Assembly: GCA_041159205.1 (NCBI GenBank)
Contig: JBEAZY010000178.1
Span: forward strand, 1-58,443
Origin: Pseudomonadota bacterium
Lineage (GTDB): Bacteria > Pseudomonadota > Gammaproteobacteria > Burkholderiales > Burkholderiaceae_C
Reading direction: 5' to 3'
DNA length: 58,443 nucleotides
Under the pieces are notes generated by a model. It saw nothing but the letters and a program-made list of their open reading frames with translations. It was not told the DNA's origin and searched no databases. Both the position numbers and the translations under genes were made by a program. The stretch's first letter is position 1; each line of letters begins with the position of its first letter. This document shows positions 20,292 to 31,200 of the stretch, piece by piece.

Positions 20292-23200
20292 ATGTCCGCC
20301 CTCCACATGCCCACCCGATGGGTTGCCTGGTACGACCGCCTGGCCGCCTGGCTGTTCTGGGGCGTGATCGCCGCTTGGGTGCTGATGCTGGCCCTGTGGT
20401 GGGTGCTGCATGGAATCATTGTGCCCCGAATCGATGAATTTCGCCCATGGCTGCAAGAACGGGCCACGCAGGCGATGGGGCTAAGGGTTGAGCTGGGGCC
20501 CTTGTCAGGCCAAACCCGGGGCATGGTGACCCAGTTGCAGCTCGAAGAGTTGCGTCTGCTCGATGCCCAAGGCGAGTCGCAGTTGAATCTGGGTCGGGTG
20601 CAACTGGCTTTGACACCGACTTCGGTCCTGAGTGGAGCATTCAGCCAGATCTCTCTCGATCGTCTGGTGTTGGATGTGTCGCGCGATGCCGAAGGAAAAA
20701 TTTCGGTCGCCGGCATCCCCCTGCAGGGTGAGGGCACGGACACGCGCTGGCGAAACTGGGTGTTTTCCCAATGGGAATGGGTGGTGCGCGACGCAGAGAT
20801 CCGCTGGTCTGACCAGATCATCGGGGGCCCGCCGGTTCACATCAGGGGCATCGAAGGCGTGTTGCGCAACAGCCTGCGCGAGCACTCTTACCGGGTCGAT
20901 GGCAGCCCCGATGCCGAGCTGGGTCAGCGGATGAGTTGGCGCGGCCGGCTGCGCCAACCCCTGCTCAGCACACAAGCGGGGCTGTGGGAGGACTGGAGTG
21001 GCCAGATTTATGTCGAGGCCAGCCACATCGATGGGGGGGCCTGGGCCAAGCACTGGCCGACACTCGCCCGAACCGGCGCGTTCAGCGGCAATGGCTGGGT
21101 GCGGGGCTGGGTCGATGTGCGGGCCGGGCATGTGTCGCAATTCAGCGCCGACCTTGGCCTGAAAGACGTCAGGGCCCGCATCCATCGGGAGGGTCAAAGT
21201 GACATCGAAGTGGGGCTGCGGCATGCCCAGGGTCGCCTGGGTTGGACGGGAGGCCGCGAGGAGAAATGGACGCTGCAACATGCCAAGCTGGCGCCCCTGG
21301 ACGCCCCCGATTGGCCGCTGGGCCAGGCCAGCCTGACTTTGAAGCGCAATGGGCGTGAGGTGGAGAGTGGCTCGGCCCAGATCGAACAGGTTGAGTTGGC
21401 CAGCCTGACCCACTGGCTGGCGTGGGCACCGCCGGATTGGTCGGCGGTCTGGACCAAGGCGGCCCCAGGTGGCCAGTTGCGCCAGTTGCAATGGCGATGG
21501 AACGGGCCGCTGGAAGCCATGCGGGTGCAAAATTGGCAAGCACAGGCGGTCGACCTGACGCTGCAGCCGGGGCCGGTCAGCCCAAGCGGCGCACCGGCCA
21601 GCTGGCCGGGTGTGAGCGGCTTGTCGGCCGAGTTGGAGGGCAGTGCCGAAGAGGTCCGGGGGCAATTGCGGGTGCAGGCGGGCGAGTTGAATTGGCCGGG
21701 CTTGTGGGAGACCCCGACGCAAAAAATACCGCTCTTCAAAAGCGATTTCAATGCCGGGTTCGGCCCCGCAGGTCTAAGGCTGCAGATGAAGTCTGCGCAG
21801 TTGCAGACCGAGGCCGCGCGGGCCGACTTTCGCCTGACCTGGCAAAACTCACCGAACGACCGCATGGGTCAGATCGATCTGGCGGGCGATGTGCCGCAGG
21901 CCCCCGTGGGAGAGATTTTGCGTTGGCTGCCCAGCACCTTGCCCGCATCGGTGCGCACATACCTTCAACAGGCGGTGACGCAAGGCGAGGCGCGCCAGAT
22001 CCACGCCCGGGTGCAGGGGCGCCTGAGCGATTTCCCATTCAAAAAGCCGGGCAGCGGCGAGTTTCGAATCGGTGCCCAATTGGCCAAGGTGCGTTATCAG
22101 ACCGTGCCGCGCGCCATCTTGACAGAGCCGGTGGAAGGCGATTGGCCGGTGCTGCAAGACATGAGTGGGCAACTGGTGTTTGATCGAGTCAGCATGCGGC
22201 TGAGTCAGGTCAAGGCCAGAGTGGCCGGTGCGACCGGCATCGCCTGGCCGGTGCTGGAGGCCCAAATCAAACAGCTGGGCCAGCCCACGGTCGAGTTGCG
22301 CGCCGAGGGCCGTGGCCCCTTGGGGGAGGCCTTGGGCTTATGGCGGGGCATGCCCCTGAATGCGATGACGGATCGGGTGCTCAATGGCACGCGCGCGCAA
22401 GGGGTGGCTGAGTACCGCATGGCCCTGAGCATTCCGATTGAGCGGCCCGAGAAAACCGTGGCCAAGGGCACGGTCGCATTGCTGGGCAATGAGGTCATGA
22501 TGGCACCAGGGGCGCCGGTCTTGAGCCGGGCGCGCGGCACGGTGGCTTTCACGGCCGACGGGTTTGAGTTGCAGGGGATGCAAGCCAGTCTTTGGGGCGG
22601 CGAGATTCGGCTGGAGGGCGGGTCTCAATCGAATGTGCCGCCGGGTGCGCCACAAACCCAAATTCGGGCCCAGGGGCAATTGACCGCCGTCGGTATGCGG
22701 GATGCCCCCGAGCTGGCCGAATGGGCCACACACCTGAAAAACATACAGGGCAGTGCGAGGTACTCGGCCCGATTGCAGTGGCGCAGGGGTCAGCTGGAAA
22801 CCGACATCCGCAGCGATTTGACGGGCATGGCCATCACGGCCCCCCAGGGCTTGGGCAAGGCGGCCAGCGAAACGATGCCCCTGCAATGGGAGTCGCGCTT
22901 GACCGCAGAGTCTTCGGCGTCTAATGGCTTGCTGCAAGAGCAAATCGGGCTGCGCTGGGGCCAGGGGCTAGAGGCGCGCTACGTGCGCGACCTCTCTGGC
23001 CCGCAACCCAAGGTGCTGCGCGGGCTGATCAGGTGGGGCAGCGAGGCGTCTGCCCAAATGCCTGCGCAAGGGGTGACCTTGCGGGTCAACACCGGGCGCT
23101 TCAATGCGGATGAATGGAGCGACTGGATGCAGCCTTTCACCGGCCAGCCCGGCCGTGGATCAGGCAACTGGGACTTCGCCCCCCAAAGGATAGAGTTTCA

Positions 23201-24272
23201 GACGGGTCAGTTTCAGGCCCAGCGGCGGACTTTGAACCAGGTTCAAGTCAGTGCCCAGAGGCAGGGCGATCGATGGCAGGGGCAAGTTCTTGCGCAGGAG
23301 ATGGAGGGCGACTGGCAATACCAGACCGGTCAGGGCCGGGAGCCCGCCAAGCTGCAGGCGCGGCTGGCGCGGTTGACCATACCGGCCAGCCAACCCAGTC
23401 AAGACAGCTTGCTGGAGGGCCGGGTTGAAGAGCTGCCGACGCTGGACATTCAAGTCAGGGATCTCGATTTGCGTGGCAAGCGTCTGGGCGCATTGGCGCT
23501 GGTGGCGCAAAACAGAGCGCGAGCGGATGGCACCAATGAGTGGCTGCTGAATCAGTTCCAGATCAGCAATGACGACGGTGAATTTCGAGCCCAGGGCAGT
23601 TGGCGCAAACCTGTCGGGGCAGCCAATAGCCTGACCCAGTTCGATTTCAAGCTGAATGTGAAAAACGTCGGCGCCTTGCTTCAGCGCATGGGTGTGCCGG
23701 ACGCCGTTCGAAATGGGCACGGTGTGGTGGAGGGCGTGGTGAGCTGGGACGGTTCGCCGGTGTTGAGCGATTTGACCAGCGTCGGCGGGCAATTCAGAAT
23801 CGGCATTGAGCGCGGCCAGTTTCTGAAAACCGAACCGGGGGCCGCCCGGCTGTTGGGCGTGCTGAGCCTGCAGTCATTGCCCAGACGGTTGATGCTCGAT
23901 TTCCGGGATGTGTTCAGCGAAGGGTTTGCGTTTGATTTTTTCCGTGGCGATGTCAAGATTGAGCGCGGCGTGGCCAGCTCGAACAATTTGCAAATGAAGG
24001 GCGTCAATGTGGCGGTGATGATGGAGGGGCAAGCCAACATCGCGCAGGAAACCCAGGACTTGAAGGTTCTGGTGATTCCGGACATCAATGCGGGCGCGGC
24101 CTCATTGGTGTATTCCGCCATCAACCCGGTGATCGGTCTGACCACATTCATCGCCCAGTATGTGCTGCGCCGCCCGCTGTCCGATTCAAACACACAACAA
24201 TTTCATATCGATGGCACATGGAGCGAACCCAGGGTCACGCAAGTGCCGTTCAAGTCTGACGCCAAACCATGA
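20292..24272 (+). CDS. yhdP: YhdP/AsmA-family intermembrane phospholipid transport protein
   Basis: 1326 aa, N-terminal TM, beta-rich body, C-terminal LLGVLSLQSLPRRLMLDFRDVFSEGFAFD; divergent from glnE. Confidence 0.9.
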   Translation: MSALHMPTRWVAWYDRLAAWLFWGVIAAWVLMLALWWVLHGIIVPRIDEFRPWLQERATQAMGLRVELGPLSGQTRGMVTQLQLEELRLLDAQGESQLNLGRVQLALTPTSVLSGAFSQISLDRLVLDVSRDAEGKISVAGIPLQGEGTDTRWRNWVFSQWEWVVRDAEIRWSDQIIGGPPVHIRGIEGVLRNSLREHSYRVDGSPDAELGQRMSWRGRLRQPLLSTQAGLWEDWSGQIYVEASHIDGGAWAKHWPTLARTGAFSGNGWVRGWVDVRAGHVSQFSADLGLKDVRARIHREGQSDIEVGLRHAQGRLGWTGGREEKWTLQHAKLAPLDAPDWPLGQASLTLKRNGREVESGSAQIEQVELASLTHWLAWAPPDWSAVWTKAAPGGQLRQLQWRWNGPLEAMRVQNWQAQAVDLTLQPGPVSPSGAPASWPGVSGLSAELEGSAEEVRGQLRVQAGELNWPGLWETPTQKIPLFKSDFNAGFGPAGLRLQMKSAQLQTEAARADFRLTWQNSPNDRMGQIDLAGDVPQAPVGEILRWLPSTLPASVRTYLQQAVTQGEARQIHARVQGRLSDFPFKKPGSGEFRIGAQLAKVRYQTVPRAILTEPVEGDWPVLQDMSGQLVFDRVSMRLSQVKARVAGATGIAWPVLEAQIKQLGQPTVELRAEGRGPLGEALGLWRGMPLNAMTDRVLNGTRAQGVAEYRMALSIPIERPEKTVAKGTVALLGNEVMMAPGAPVLSRARGTVAFTADGFELQGMQASLWGGEIRLEGGSQSNVPPGAPQTQIRAQGQLTAVGMRDAPELAEWATHLKNIQGSARYSARLQWRRGQLETDIRSDLTGMAITAPQGLGKAASETMPLQWESRLTAESSASNGLLQEQIGLRWGQGLEARYVRDLSGPQPKVLRGLIRWGSEASAQMPAQGVTLRVNTGRFNADEWSDWMQPFTGQPGRGSGNWDFAPQRIEFQTGQFQAQRRTLNQVQVSAQRQGDRWQGQVLAQEMEGDWQYQTGQGREPAKLQARLARLTIPASQPSQDSLLEGRVEELPTLDIQVRDLDLRGKRLGALALVAQNRARADGTNEWLLNQFQISNDDGEFRAQGSWRKPVGAANSLTQFDFKLNVKNVGALLQRMGVPDAVRNGHGVVEGVVSWDGSPVLSDLTSVGGQFRIGIERGQFLKTEPGAARLLGVLSLQSLPRRLMLDFRDVFSEGFAFDFFRGDVKIERGVASSNNLQMKGVNVAVMMEGQANIAQETQDLKVLVIPDINAGAASLVYSAINPVIGLTTFIAQYVLRRPLSDSNTQQFHIDGTWSEPRVTQVPFKSDAKP

Positions 24273-26311
24273 GCGGTTTTGAAGTGAGGGCTTTCTGGCG
24301 TTTGCATCGCCGCAACCTGCTGTGGGGCGCATTGGTGGCACTGGTGCTGTCTATGCTGCTGACCCTGGTTATGCTGGCCGGGCGCTTTGAAGTGGAGAAA
24401 CTGCAACAGCAAGCCGATCGGGATGCCAGCGATGCCGTGAGTGACTTGCGTCTAGGCCTGAACCGCAATCTGCATATGCTGGAATCGGTCATTCCGCTGG
24501 ATGCCAGGCCCCAGGCCTGGTTAGGGCAGGCCGAGGCCTTGTTGCGGGAACGCCGCGAGTGGTTGCGGCTGGAGTGGCGCAACCCTGACATGAAATTGGT
24601 GGCGGCGGCCAACACGCCTTTGCGTGGGTCTTTGGCCATGAAATGGGGCACCGACCCCGCATGGCCCGAGATACAACTGGCGTGTTCACAAGCGAAGCGC
24701 TGGGGAAGCGCGTCTTATTCGCCCAGCACCTATGTGGCGAGCGATGAGGGGGCGGGCCTGGAAGTGGTTCATTTGTGTCTGCCCTGGTCGCTGGATGGCG
24801 TGACCAGCGGACACCTGATTGCCAGCTATTCGTTGGCCGATGTGTTGAGCCAGATGGTATCCCCTCATCTTGCGCGCAGCCAGCAACTCTCTTTTGTCGA
24901 GGCCGACGGCACCCGTCTGGCGATGGTGGGGCAAATGCGCGAGGGGCGACGGATATTCTCGAGCCAACAACTGCTGAGTCTGCCGGGCGCCTCAATGGTG
25001 CTGCGGGTCGACAGCCGGCGCATGGGGCCCGACCTGTTTCCTAACTTGCTGACCGCCGTGGTGGCCGCCTTGAGCCTGGCCTTGTTGACGGTGCTGGCCT
25101 TGCTGGGGCGCGACATCCGGCGCCGACAAAGGGCCGAGCACGAGTTGGCTCAGGCCTTTGCGTTTCGCAAAGCGATGGAAGATTCATTGGTGACGGGCTT
25201 GCGGGCCCGGGACTTGCAGGGCCGCATCACCTACGTGAACCCGGCATTTTGTGAAATGGTGGGCTGGCCGGCGGAGTCTTTGCTGGGGCAATCGAACCCG
25301 CCGTCGTACTGGCCGCCTGAGATGATCACTGAATACGGGCGGCGTCAAGCCTTGCGTCTGGCGGGGAATGCGCCCCCGCGGGAGGGCATCGAGTCGGTGT
25401 TCATGCGCCGCAACGGCGAGCGTTTCCCGGTGCTGATTTTTGAAGCCCCCTTGATTGATGCCACCGGTCAGCAAACCGGCTGGATGAGCGCCATTCTGGA
25501 CATCAGCGAACAACGTCGAATCGAGGAATTGTCGCGGGCCAGCCAGGAGCGGCTGCAGGCGACTGCCCGCTTGGCGAGCGTGGGTGAAATGGCGTCTTTG
25601 CTCAGCCACGAATTGAACCAGCCTCTGGTGGCGATTGCCAGCTATGCCCATGGCAGCCGCAATTTGTTGCGCCAGGCCGAAGACGCGGCCCCGCCCGAGC
25701 TGCATCGGCAACTCTCGGAAGCGGTATTGCGGATTGCGCAGCAGGCCGAACGGGCTGGTCAGGTGATTAAAAGCGTGCATGACTTTGTGCGCCGCCGCGC
25801 TCCATCGCGGGAGCCGGTGGCGCCGCGCGACCTGCTCGACAGTGTGTTGCCTTTGGTCCGCTTGCAAGCCCGCAAGCTGATGATCGATCTGCAATGGCAC
25901 GTGCCTGACGACCTGCCCCAAGTCTGGTGTGACCGCGCCATGGTCGAGCAAGTGATTCTGAATCTGGCGCGCAACGGCATGCAGGCCATGACCGGCACAG
26001 GGGCGCTGGAGGGGCGGCGTCTGAGCCTGACATTCAGCAACCAGGGGTCGAGCGAGGGCGAACCGGTGTTGCAGATCGAAGTGGCCGATCTGGGGGTGGG
26101 CATCGGACCGGAAGTGGAGATCAATCTGTACACCCCGTTTTTCACCACCAAAGAAGAGGGCATGGGCTTGGGTCTGAGCCTGTGCCGCACGGTGGTCGAG
26201 CAACACGGCGGCCGGCTCAGCCACCGACCCAATCAACCCCGTGGCACGGTCTTTACAGTCACCCTGCCTTGCCGGGACAATGCCCCCATGCCCGAGCGGG
26301 CCGAGACCTGA
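24269..26311 (+). CDS. PAS-domain sensor histidine kinase (DctS-like)
   Basis: Two TMs; PAS region LRARDLQGRITYVNPAF; H-box SHELNQP; NLARNG, D.GVG, FFTTK.EGMGLGL. Confidence 0.9.
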   Translation: MSGFEVRAFWRLHRRNLLWGALVALVLSMLLTLVMLAGRFEVEKLQQQADRDASDAVSDLRLGLNRNLHMLESVIPLDARPQAWLGQAEALLRERREWLRLEWRNPDMKLVAAANTPLRGSLAMKWGTDPAWPEIQLACSQAKRWGSASYSPSTYVASDEGAGLEVVHLCLPWSLDGVTSGHLIASYSLADVLSQMVSPHLARSQQLSFVEADGTRLAMVGQMREGRRIFSSQQLLSLPGASMVLRVDSRRMGPDLFPNLLTAVVAALSLALLTVLALLGRDIRRRQRAEHELAQAFAFRKAMEDSLVTGLRARDLQGRITYVNPAFCEMVGWPAESLLGQSNPPSYWPPEMITEYGRRQALRLAGNAPPREGIESVFMRRNGERFPVLIFEAPLIDATGQQTGWMSAILDISEQRRIEELSRASQERLQATARLASVGEMASLLSHELNQPLVAIASYAHGSRNLLRQAEDAAPPELHRQLSEAVLRIAQQAERAGQVIKSVHDFVRRRAPSREPVAPRDLLDSVLPLVRLQARKLMIDLQWHVPDDLPQVWCDRAMVEQVILNLARNGMQAMTGTGALEGRRLSLTFSNQGSSEGEPVLQIEVADLGVGIGPEVEINLYTPFFTTKEEGMGLGLSLCRTVVEQHGGRLSHRPNQPRGTVFTVTLPCRDNAPMPERAET

Positions 26312-26944
26312 ATGCAAGTTCAATCCAATGCCTTGATCCATCTGATCGACGACGATGCCAGCGTGCGCGACGCCTTGGCCTGGCTGTTGCGCTCCAGGGG
26401 CTTGCACAGCATCGGTCATGCCAGCGCCTCGGATTTTTTGTCCGACTGGGACTCGCGCAGGCCGCCGACCGAGCCTTGTTGCCTGTTGCTCGATGTGCGC
26501 ATGCCGGGCATCAGCGGGCTGGCCTTGTTTGACCAGTGGATCGCCCGCGATTTGACCCGTTTGTACCCGGTGATCTTTTTGACCGGTCACGCCGATGTGC
26601 CCACTGCCGTCGATGCGGTCAAACGCGGCGCCTTTGATTTCTGCGAAAAGCCTTTTTCAGACAACGCCCTGGTCGACCGCATCGAACAGGCCCTGGCGAT
26701 GTCGGGCCAGCACCTGCTGCGGGCCCGTGTGTTTGCGCAGCAACGCGAGAAACTGGCCGATCTGACCGAGCGTGAGCACGAGGTCTTGAGCCGGGTGGTT
26801 CAGGGCTTGCCCAACAAACTGATCGCCGATGAGTTGGGCATCAGTGTGCGCACCGTGGAAGTTCACCGGGCCAGAATGTTCGAAAAAATGGGGGTCAAAT
26901 CGGCCGTGGAATTGACCAACTTGGTGCGGGGCACGGGCGAATGA
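26312..26944 (+). CDS. FixJ/DctR-type response regulator (REC + LuxR HTH)
   Basis: IDDD, LLDVRMPG, FLTGHAD, KPF, LTEREHEVL...NKLIA..LGIS.RTVEVHRA. Confidence 0.92.
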   Translation: MQVQSNALIHLIDDDASVRDALAWLLRSRGLHSIGHASASDFLSDWDSRRPPTEPCCLLLDVRMPGISGLALFDQWIARDLTRLYPVIFLTGHADVPTAVDAVKRGAFDFCEKPFSDNALVDRIEQALAMSGQHLLRARVFAQQREKLADLTEREHEVLSRVVQGLPNKLIADELGISVRTVEVHRARMFEKMGVKSAVELTNLVRGTGE

Positions 26945-26953
26945 GTTTGCTTT

Positions 26954-27073
26954 TTATTCTTCGCGGTCGCGGTCTTTCAATTCGCCTTTGTCGCGCCCGC
27001 TGAACATGGTCCACCAAACGATGCCCACCAATACGGCCCCGGCCGCCAACGCTTCAAGCAATATCCACACCAT
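26954..27073 (-). CDS. Small (39 aa) single-TM protein
   Basis: MVWILLEALAAGAVLVGIVWWTMFSGRDKGELKDRDREE; GAGG RBS and TACAAT -10-like hexamer (27099-27104) upstream. Confidence 0.6.
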   Translation of the reverse strand: MVWILLEALAAGAVLVGIVWWTMFSGRDKGELKDRDREE

Positions 27074-28199
27074 TTGGCTGTTCCTCACATGGGCCCTGAT
27101 TGTAGGAAGCCTGGTCGCCTGCTCGACGCCGCGCCTGCAAAAGACCCCTGCGACGAGCAGCCCGGAGGCGGCCCCCGCGCCATCGGCATCGGGCCCTGCG
27201 CAGAGCCCGCCCCCCATGGCACGCAGCCGTTGGGTCGCCGTGAACTGGTCTGATCTACCCGGTTGGGGCAGCGATTCGATGGCCGATTTCTGGCCCGCCG
27301 CGCTGCGCAACTGTCAGCGGCCCCGCCCCGGTTGGGCGCAAGCCTGTGCCGAGATGCGCACGCTGGCGCAGGCCGATGACGCACAACGCCAGCGCTGGAT
27401 GGTGCGCCGATTACAACCCTATCGCATTGAAACCCAAGAGGGTCGCGATCAGGGCCTGCTGACCGCTTACTTCGAGCCCGAGTTTATGGCCAGCCGGACC
27501 CGGCGCCCCGGTTTCGAAGAGCCTTTGTATGCGCCGCCCCCGCAAGCCCTGCGGGCCAAGGAAGGTTCGCCTTGGTATACCCGGCGTGAGATCGAAACCC
27601 TGCCCCAGGCCCAAGAGGCCCTGCGCGGGCGAGCCATCGCGTACCTGCGCGACCCGGTCGACGCGATGGTTTTGCACATTCAGGGGTCAGGGCGCTTGCA
27701 GGTGCAAGAGACCGATGGCCAAAGCCGCTGGGTGCGCCTGGGTTTTGCCGGCACCAATCAGCACCCCTACCAAAGCATAGGGCGCTGGCTGCTGGATCGG
27801 CAATTGACCCGCGACGCCAGTTGGCCCGGCATCAAGGCCTGGCTGGCGGCGAACCCGCAACGGCGCCAGGAGTTGTTGTGGGCCAATCCGCGCTATGTGT
27901 TTTTTCGCGAAGAAGCGTTGCCGGACCTGACGATGGGCCCGCTTGGGGCGCAGGGTCTGCCACTGACGGCGGGCCGGTCGATCGCGGTGGACCCGCAAAG
28001 CCTGCCCTATGGCACGCCCGTCTGGCTGGTGTCGGAGGGCCAGACGCCGCTGCGCAAGATGGTGCTGGCGCAAGACACCGGGAACGCGATTGTCGGGGCG
28101 GTGCGGGCCGATTATTTTGTCGGCAGCGGTGAGTCGGCCGGCGAGGTGGCTGGACGGATGCGACAGACTTTGCGCCTATGGGCGCTGTGGCCGCATTAA
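27021..28199 (+). CDS. mltA: Membrane-bound lytic murein transglycosylase A (lipoprotein)
   Basis: LVAC lipobox; GLLTAYFEP, LHIQGSG, NPRYVFF, SIAVDP, AQDTGNAIVGAVRADYF. Start uncertain. Confidence 0.92.
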   Translation: MPTNTAPAANASSNIHTIWLFLTWALIVGSLVACSTPRLQKTPATSSPEAAPAPSASGPAQSPPPMARSRWVAVNWSDLPGWGSDSMADFWPAALRNCQRPRPGWAQACAEMRTLAQADDAQRQRWMVRRLQPYRIETQEGRDQGLLTAYFEPEFMASRTRRPGFEEPLYAPPPQALRAKEGSPWYTRREIETLPQAQEALRGRAIAYLRDPVDAMVLHIQGSGRLQVQETDGQSRWVRLGFAGTNQHPYQSIGRWLLDRQLTRDASWPGIKAWLAANPQRRQELLWANPRYVFFREEALPDLTMGPLGAQGLPLTAGRSIAVDPQSLPYGTPVWLVSEGQTPLRKMVLAQDTGNAIVGAVRADYFVGSGESAGEVAGRMRQTLRLWALWPH

Positions 28200-28284
28200 A
28201 CTGAGCCTGACCCTGAGGGCGTGCGCGCTCGGCGCATTCGCCTTAAGATCAGGACTTGAACACCGCAGACCGCAGGAGAAGCGC

Positions 28285-31200
28285 ATGAACGCCCCCTTGC
28301 CTGAACACATCCGACGGGCCCTGGATACCGTGACCCTGGACGACAAATACGCGCTGGACCACGGGCGTGCCTTTATGAGCGGGGTCCAGGCCTTGGTCAA
28401 GTTGCCCATGCTGCAGCGTCAGCGCGACGCCATGGCCGGCAAGAACACCGCCGGGTTCATCAGCGGTTATCGCGGTTCTCCTCTGGGTGGCTATGACCAG
28501 GCCTTGTGGCGGGCCAAGAAGTACTTGCAAGCCCAGCACATCGTCTTTCAGCCGGGCGTCAACGAAGAGTTGGCCGCCACTGCTTTGTGGGGCACTCAGC
28601 AACTGGGTTTTGCGCCGCCGGGCAGCAACCGCTTTGACGGGGTGTTTGGCATTTGGTATGGCAAGGGGCCGGGGGTGGACCGCTGCTCGGACGTCTTCAA
28701 GCACGCCAATATGGCGGGCACCACCCCCTGGGGTGGCGTGCTGGCGGTGGCGGGCGACGATCATGTGGCAAAAAGTTCAACCGCCGCCCACCAAAGCGAT
28801 CAGGTCTTCATGGCCTGCAATACGCCGGTGTTTTTTCCGGCCAGTGTGCAAGACATTCTGGACCATGGCCTGCACGCCATCGCTCTGAGTCGCTACGCCG
28901 GGCTGTGGGCGGGCATGAAGACCATTCAGGAGATCGTTGAATCGAGCGCCACCGCCACCATCGACCCCGGCCGCGTGCAGGTGGTGTTGCCGCCTTTGGA
29001 CTTGCCCCCGGGCGGACTGCACATCCGCTGGCCCGATGAGGCGCTGCCGCAAGAGGCGCGCTTGTTCCAGCACAAATGGCCGGCGGTGCTGGCTTATTTG
29101 CGCGCCAACCGGCTCAACCTTGACATCATCCGCGGGCCGCAAGACCGCTTCGGCCTGATCGCCAGCGGCAAGGCGTACAACGACACCCGTCAGGCGCTGA
29201 GCGACCTGGGCCTGGATGAGGCCAGTTGCCAGCGTTTGGGCATCCGGCTGCACAAAGTGGGCGTGGTCTGGCCGCTGGAGTCGGAGGGCCTGCAAGACTT
29301 TGCCCGTGGCCTGCGTGAGATTCTGGTGGTGGAAGAAAAGCGCCCCGTCATTGAGCCCCAGATCAAAGAGCAGCTTTATCACTGGCCCGACGGCCAGCGC
29401 CCCGAGGTATACGGCAAATATGACAACCCGCAGGGCACGGGTGGCTTCCTTCTGCGCCCCAACCACGAACTCAACCCGGCGCTGATCGCCCGCGCCATCG
29501 CGCGCCGATTGCTGGCGCTGGGGGTGGATGCAGACACCCGGGCGCACATCGAAGCCCGCCTGGCCTTGCTGGATGCCAAAGAGCGCAGCTTGCAAACCCA
29601 GCATGTTCAGGCCGACCGCCTGCCCTGGTTCTGCTCGGGCTGCCCGCACAACACCAGCACCCGTGTGCCCGAAGGCTCGCGCGCCATGGCGGGCATAGGC
29701 TGCCACTTCATGAGCCTGTGGATGGACCGCAGCACCACCGGCTTTACCCAGATGGGGGGCGAGGGCGTGCCCTGGGTGGGGCAGCAACCCTTCACCCACG
29801 ACCCGCACATCTTTGCCAACATCGGCGACGGCACTTACTTCCACAGCGGTCTGCTGGCGGTGCGCCAGAGTGTGGCCGCCGGGGTCAACATCACTTACAA
29901 GATTTTGTACAACGATGCCGTGGCCATGACAGGGGGCCAACCCGTGGGAGAGCGGCCGGAGGGGCACACGCCGGTTCAAATCGCCCAAAGCATGTTGGCC
30001 GAGGGGGCCCGACGCGTGACTGTGGTCACCGACGAGCCCGAGAAATACGAGGGCGTGGCGGGGCTGCCCGCCGGGGTGGCGGTTGAGCACCGCGACCGGC
30101 TGGATGCCATTCAGCGCGAGATGCGCGAGATCAAGGGTTGCACGGTCATCATTTATGACCAGACCTGCGCAACCGAGAAGCGGCGCCGTCGCAAGCGCGG
30201 CACCATGGTCGACCCGGCCTTGCGGGTGCTGATCAACCCGGCGGTGTGCGAAGGCTGCGGCGATTGCAGCGATCAAAGCAATTGCATCAGCATCGAGCCG
30301 CTCGAGACCGAGTTGGGACGCAAGCGCGCCGTCAATCAGAGCACTTGCAACAAGGACACCAGCTGCCTGAAAGGCTTTTGCCCCAGTTTTGTCAGCGTGC
30401 AGGGCGGTCAACTTAAAAAGGCCACTGCCCGGGCCACCCCCTTGCCGCAGGGCAGCCTGCCAGAGCCGCAAGGCGCAGGCTTGCGCGGCCCCTGGGGCAT
30501 CGTGGTGGCGGGCGTGGGCGGTACCGGCGTCATCACCATCGGTCAATTGCTGGGCATGGCGGCCCACATCGACGGTGTGGGGGTGGTGACGCAAGACTCT
30601 GCCGGTCTGGCGCAAAAAGGCGGTGCCACTTGGGCCCATGTGGTGCTGGCGCCGAGTCAGGAAGACATCAATACCACCCGCGTGGGCATGGCCGGTGCGG
30701 ATCTGGTGCTGGGCTGCGACCCCATCGTGACGGCCGGCAAGGAAACCCTGCAGCGCATGATGGGCGGGCGCACGCATGTGGCGCTGAACGGCCACAGCAC
30801 CCCCACCGCCGCGTTTGTCAAAGACGGTGGCTGGCGCGACCCCTCAAACGACTGCGTGACCGACATCGCCACGACCATTGATGCCACGGCGCACCCGGGT
30901 TTGTTGGGGGTGTTTGATGCCAATCTGGTGGCCAACCAGCTTTTGGGGGACAGCATCTTCATCAACCCGATGGTGCTGGGCTATGCCTGGCAAAAGGGCT
31001 GGATCCCGCTCAGCCTCGAGTCGCTTTTGCGGGCCATTGAACTCAATGAAGTGCAGGTGGACAAAAACAAGGCGGCGTTCGAGTGGGGTCGCCATTGCGC
31101 CCACGACTGGGGCGTGGTGCAGGCCCTGCTGCAACCGGCTCAGGTGGTCACCTTGCACCGACCGCAGAAGCTGACCGAGCTGATTGCCCGCCGGGTCGAT

